Below, one piece after another: positions 30,873 through 33,075 of a DNA stretch of 33,075 nt. Source of the DNA: Patescibacteria group bacterium (GTDB lineage: Bacteria > Patescibacteriota > Patescibacteriia > JAHJFT01). Below the pieces are notes generated by a model. It saw only the letters and a list, made by a program, of their open reading frames with translations, did not search any database and was not told the DNA's origin. Every line of letters starts with the position of its first letter. Position 1 is the stretch's first letter. The stretch lies in NCBI GenBank assembly GCA_028710985.1, contig JAQTTB010000003.1, positions 1 through 33,075 on the forward strand, read 5' to 3'. The translations under genes and the position numbers were made by a program.

Positions 30873-30988
30873 AAAGACCTATTAAACGGCCCCAGGCCGC
30901 CGGCGGCGTGTGCAAAACCCGGAGGTTCGCCGCCTTTGGCCCAGGTGCCGCACTATCTGTTTATGGTAAATTGGTTTTGCACAATACC

Positions 30989-31017
30989 ACGATATTATAT
31001 TCAATAATCAATGTCAA
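30989..31017 (-). promoter_or_regulatory. sigma70-like promoter upstream of the replication-gene block
   Basis: The minus strand reads TTGACA (31017..31012), a 17-nt spacer, then TATCGT (30994..30989). A TATAAT at 30999..30994 overlaps it. The architecture matches the 2536..2564 site. Confidence 0.45.
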
Positions 31018-31071
31018 CAAATATTTTAAGATCATAGAAGTATCTCCTGTGCGAGTCTTTGTTTGGCAATC

Positions 31072-31572
31072 TCACAATACTTTTCCCCTATACGGATGAC
31101 CATTATCCGGTTCTGCCTCTGTTACTTGATAAGAACAACTATGAATTGATTTGCCGACATCGTATGGTTTTCCATAATATAATATTGGCTGAAAATCTCC
31201 CCTACCCCATAAATGAACACCTACCGATGCGGGCATATAAAAACATCCCATCGCATCCGATGGTGGATAATTATTTACATTAATGAAACCAGGCGTCAGA
31301 ATCACACGCTGTCCCATTTTAATACACAATCTAATGGCGGGCACGCAATTATTTATAACATAATCTTGTGTATCCTTAAATCGCGTATATCTATTTTTAT
31401 GTAGGCGACTATTACTTATCGAACCTTTTCGTATTTCACCTATCCCATATGGCGGGTCGGTCAGCACCAAGTCCACTTTTTCGGTTATCAGGGGCAGGAT
31501 TTCGAGGCAGTCACCACAATAGATGACCCCTGCCGGCTCCTTGTAGTAGATGTATTTATCGAGTGGATTCAT
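31072..31572 (-). CDS. N4/N6 DNA methyltransferase, N-terminal part only (motif IV DPPY present, AdoMet motif I absent)
   Basis: VIYCGDCLEILP...VDLVLTDPPYGIG is a classic beta-class MTase N-terminus. The ORF stops at GHPYRGKVL after 166 aa without an FxGxG motif. A YCEIAKQRLAQEILL remnant lies downstream in another frame. Confidence 0.6.
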   Translation of the reverse strand: MNPLDKYIYYKEPAGVIYCGDCLEILPLITEKVDLVLTDPPYGIGEIRKGSISNSRLHKNRYTRFKDTQDYVINNCVPAIRLCIKMGQRVILTPGFINVNNYPPSDAMGCFYMPASVGVHLWGRGDFQPILYYGKPYDVGKSIHSCSYQVTEAEPDNGHPYRGKVL

Positions 31573-31631
31573 CGTTCTTTCCTATTACCTTAAGCTTTCC
31601 CTCGGAATCCGTTCCGTTCAGATGGATCATA

Positions 31632-31835
31632 TTATTCCCCTTCGCTCTTTGCCGAATCCACGGCCTTCTTCACCCCGGCGCACAATTCATATTGCTCCTG
31701 ATAATACTCCATCCGACTCCCGTAATAATTAGCCTTCCATATCAGGGTCATAATCCATCCAGCCTCCAACAGGCATAGTGCAATCAGCCCCCACATGACG
31801 ACCCGGTTTACTTTATAGGTGATGGATTGCCACAT
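31632..31835 (-). CDS. small membrane protein
   Basis: ATG at 31835 with GGGAGGAA 6 nt upstream. It has one hydrophobic helix, VVMWGLIALCLLEAGWIMTLIW. Confidence 0.55.
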   Translation of the reverse strand: MWQSITYKVNRVVMWGLIALCLLEAGWIMTLIWKANYYGSRMEYYQEQYELCAGVKKAVDSAKSEGE

Positions 31836-32242
31836 AAATCGTTCCTCCCTGCCAATCTTAAATCCTCCACCATCCGCCGAATCCTCGTGTCGTCGAATCC
31901 GGTCAGATTATCATAATTGTAAGCGAATATCGTTTTGCCGTTCACGATCAAGGTATATCGCTTCTTCTGATTATTGCTGACTATAGGCCAGCCGGGATAA
32001 ATGCGGGCGATGGCCTGTCGCAGGCGATAAACGTAACGATGCTGATTGTACCCGGGTTCAATGTCGAGAATATGGATTCCCTCGGCACCGAATTTATGCC
32101 AGCCCCAGACCAGGCGCAAAAAGTAATAAAACATTCTGCCCTGTAACCAGATCGGCCGCCCGTCGATTCTGATGAGATACAGCGAAAACGAATGCGACAG
32201 CCTCGCCTCGCCGTCAATGGTAATCGTCTGCGGTATTCTCAT
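31808..32242 (-). CDS. hypothetical protein, possibly winged-helix DNA-binding
   Basis: ATG at 32242 overlaps the upstream stop (ATGA), with GGAGGAAGG SD. The segment FYYFLRLVW...YVYRLRQAIARIYPGWPIV...RYTL resembles OmpR/PhoB-type effector domains; tentative. Confidence 0.5.
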   Translation of the reverse strand: MRIPQTITIDGEARLSHSFSLYLIRIDGRPIWLQGRMFYYFLRLVWGWHKFGAEGIHILDIEPGYNQHRYVYRLRQAIARIYPGWPIVSNNQKKRYTLIVNGKTIFAYNYDNLTGFDDTRIRRMVEDLRLAGRNDLCGNPSPIK

Positions 32243-33075
32243 GCCTTCCTCCACGCCAGTTCGTTATATTCGTGGTCATCAAATATGCGGTCAGTAGCAC
32301 GGTTATAAATCACCGTCCACGTAGGCGGCTGGCCATCTTCGATTCTCCATATCTTCCCCTCGTTCATCAAGAGATGAGGCTTATCAAGCGCCCTTTCCTT
32401 TATCTCATCATCGACGCCATAAAAACTGCACGTAAGTTCCCATGTGCCCCAGGACTTAAAATAGAAGGGCACTCCGAACTGTCTGCATTTATCTCGGACG
32501 GGCATCACCCACCAAGGCCATAAAGGTCTGGCCTGTTTCCCCGTCTCCCCGCCGACGATGACCTGATTCAATTTCGACAACCATTCGTCTTCCAGAATAA
32601 CCGGCCCCAAGCATGGTTCAATCGACAACCATGTTTTCCAGCCCTTATCGGCAAACTTCATCAAATGGGGAATCCGTGCATCCGCCGTCGCCTGGTCGGA
32701 GACGGAGGTGCCAAGGTAGAAATTAGGAAAGGGTCTAATATCCTCAATGCTGTCCCTTAAATATTCCGGCCATTTAGTCAGTACAAGAAATATATGCGGA
32801 TACTCCCTATATGGTACGCCCAAGAAAGATATTGCTTCTTGAACATCTGATGGATTTACGCTCGGATGGGCAATATCAGCCAGCCAATTAAGGGCATATA
32901 CTTTTGGTTTGCCTCGGAGAGGTATATTGACATCCTTGATAATCACCTCCCCCGGCTTCAAATAAGGGTGGAACCGCTTTAGTATGTTCTTTGCCCAACA
33001 ATCCCTGACCTCGCACGTGCAGTTAAGATGCACGATGGGGTTGATCGCCGCGTCCCAGTATTTGCCTGATTTCAT
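32239..33075 (-). CDS. DUF5131 (phage Gp37/Gp68 family) protein
   Basis: Three N-terminal Cys (LNCTCEVRDCWAKN) and SIEPCLGPV...VIVGGETGKQARPLWPWWVMPVRDKCRQFGVPFYFKSWG match the family signature. The ATG lies exactly at the right window edge, so the true start is unverified. Confidence 0.75.
   Translation of the reverse strand: MKSGKYWDAAINPIVHLNCTCEVRDCWAKNILKRFHPYLKPGEVIIKDVNIPLRGKPKVYALNWLADIAHPSVNPSDVQEAISFLGVPYREYPHIFLVLTKWPEYLRDSIEDIRPFPNFYLGTSVSDQATADARIPHLMKFADKGWKTWLSIEPCLGPVILEDEWLSKLNQVIVGGETGKQARPLWPWWVMPVRDKCRQFGVPFYFKSWGTWELTCSFYGVDDEIKERALDKPHLLMNEGKIWRIEDGQPPTWTVIYNRATDRIFDDHEYNELAWRKA

Noticed and set aside
1-33075. Stop-codon reassignment (TAG or TGA recoding), as reported for some phages, considered as an explanation for the missing terS start or the truncated methyltransferase.
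   Set aside because: All large genes, up to 1448 codons, read through cleanly in the standard code and end at sensible stop/start junctions using TAA, TAG and TGA. Recoding would not create a start codon either.

Overview
The window is one contiguous stretch of a tailed-phage or prophage genome with an HK97-fold head and a siphovirus-like tail module. Every credible gene is on the minus strand. Genes are tightly packed, mostly carry GGAG-type Shine-Dalgarno sites, and often have ATGA/TGATG stop-start overlaps. Gene order on the minus strand, right to left, is as follows. (1) Early/replication block: DUF5131 (Gp37/Gp68-like) protein, possible winged-helix protein, small membrane protein, a DPPY DNA methyltransferase that looks truncated, and a replisome-organizer-like protein. 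(2) Packaging and head: a small-terminase-like frame of 165 codons with no canonical start (absent from the ORF track), a GpA-like large terminase, a portal fused to a Mu-F/SPP1-gp7 domain, a membrane-anchored ORF, a prohead protease fused to the major capsid protein, and an acidic protein with a perfect 72-bp tandem duplication. (3) Connector and tail: adaptor, HK97 gp10-like protein, major tail protein, a chaperone pair with an A_AAA_AAT -1 frameshift site, tape measure, distal tail protein and tail tip. (4) An unusual block of about 9 kb for host recognition, in which six consecutive proteins carry signal-peptide-like or single-pass membrane segments. (5) A lysis cassette with two holin-like proteins, an SLT endolysin, a signal-peptide beta-barrel-like protein and a possible cationic micro-ORF, with no recognisable spanin. 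(6) A rho-independent terminator. (7) A second leftward operon that opens with promoter and operator palindromes and an unlisted 55-aa AbrB-like gene, and includes a Cas4-like nuclease. I saw no rRNA, tRNA, CRISPR array, integrase, transposase or reverse transcriptase. All functional calls come from reading motifs by eye. No database search, HMM, fold or signal-peptide prediction was run, so family names are hypotheses to verify.
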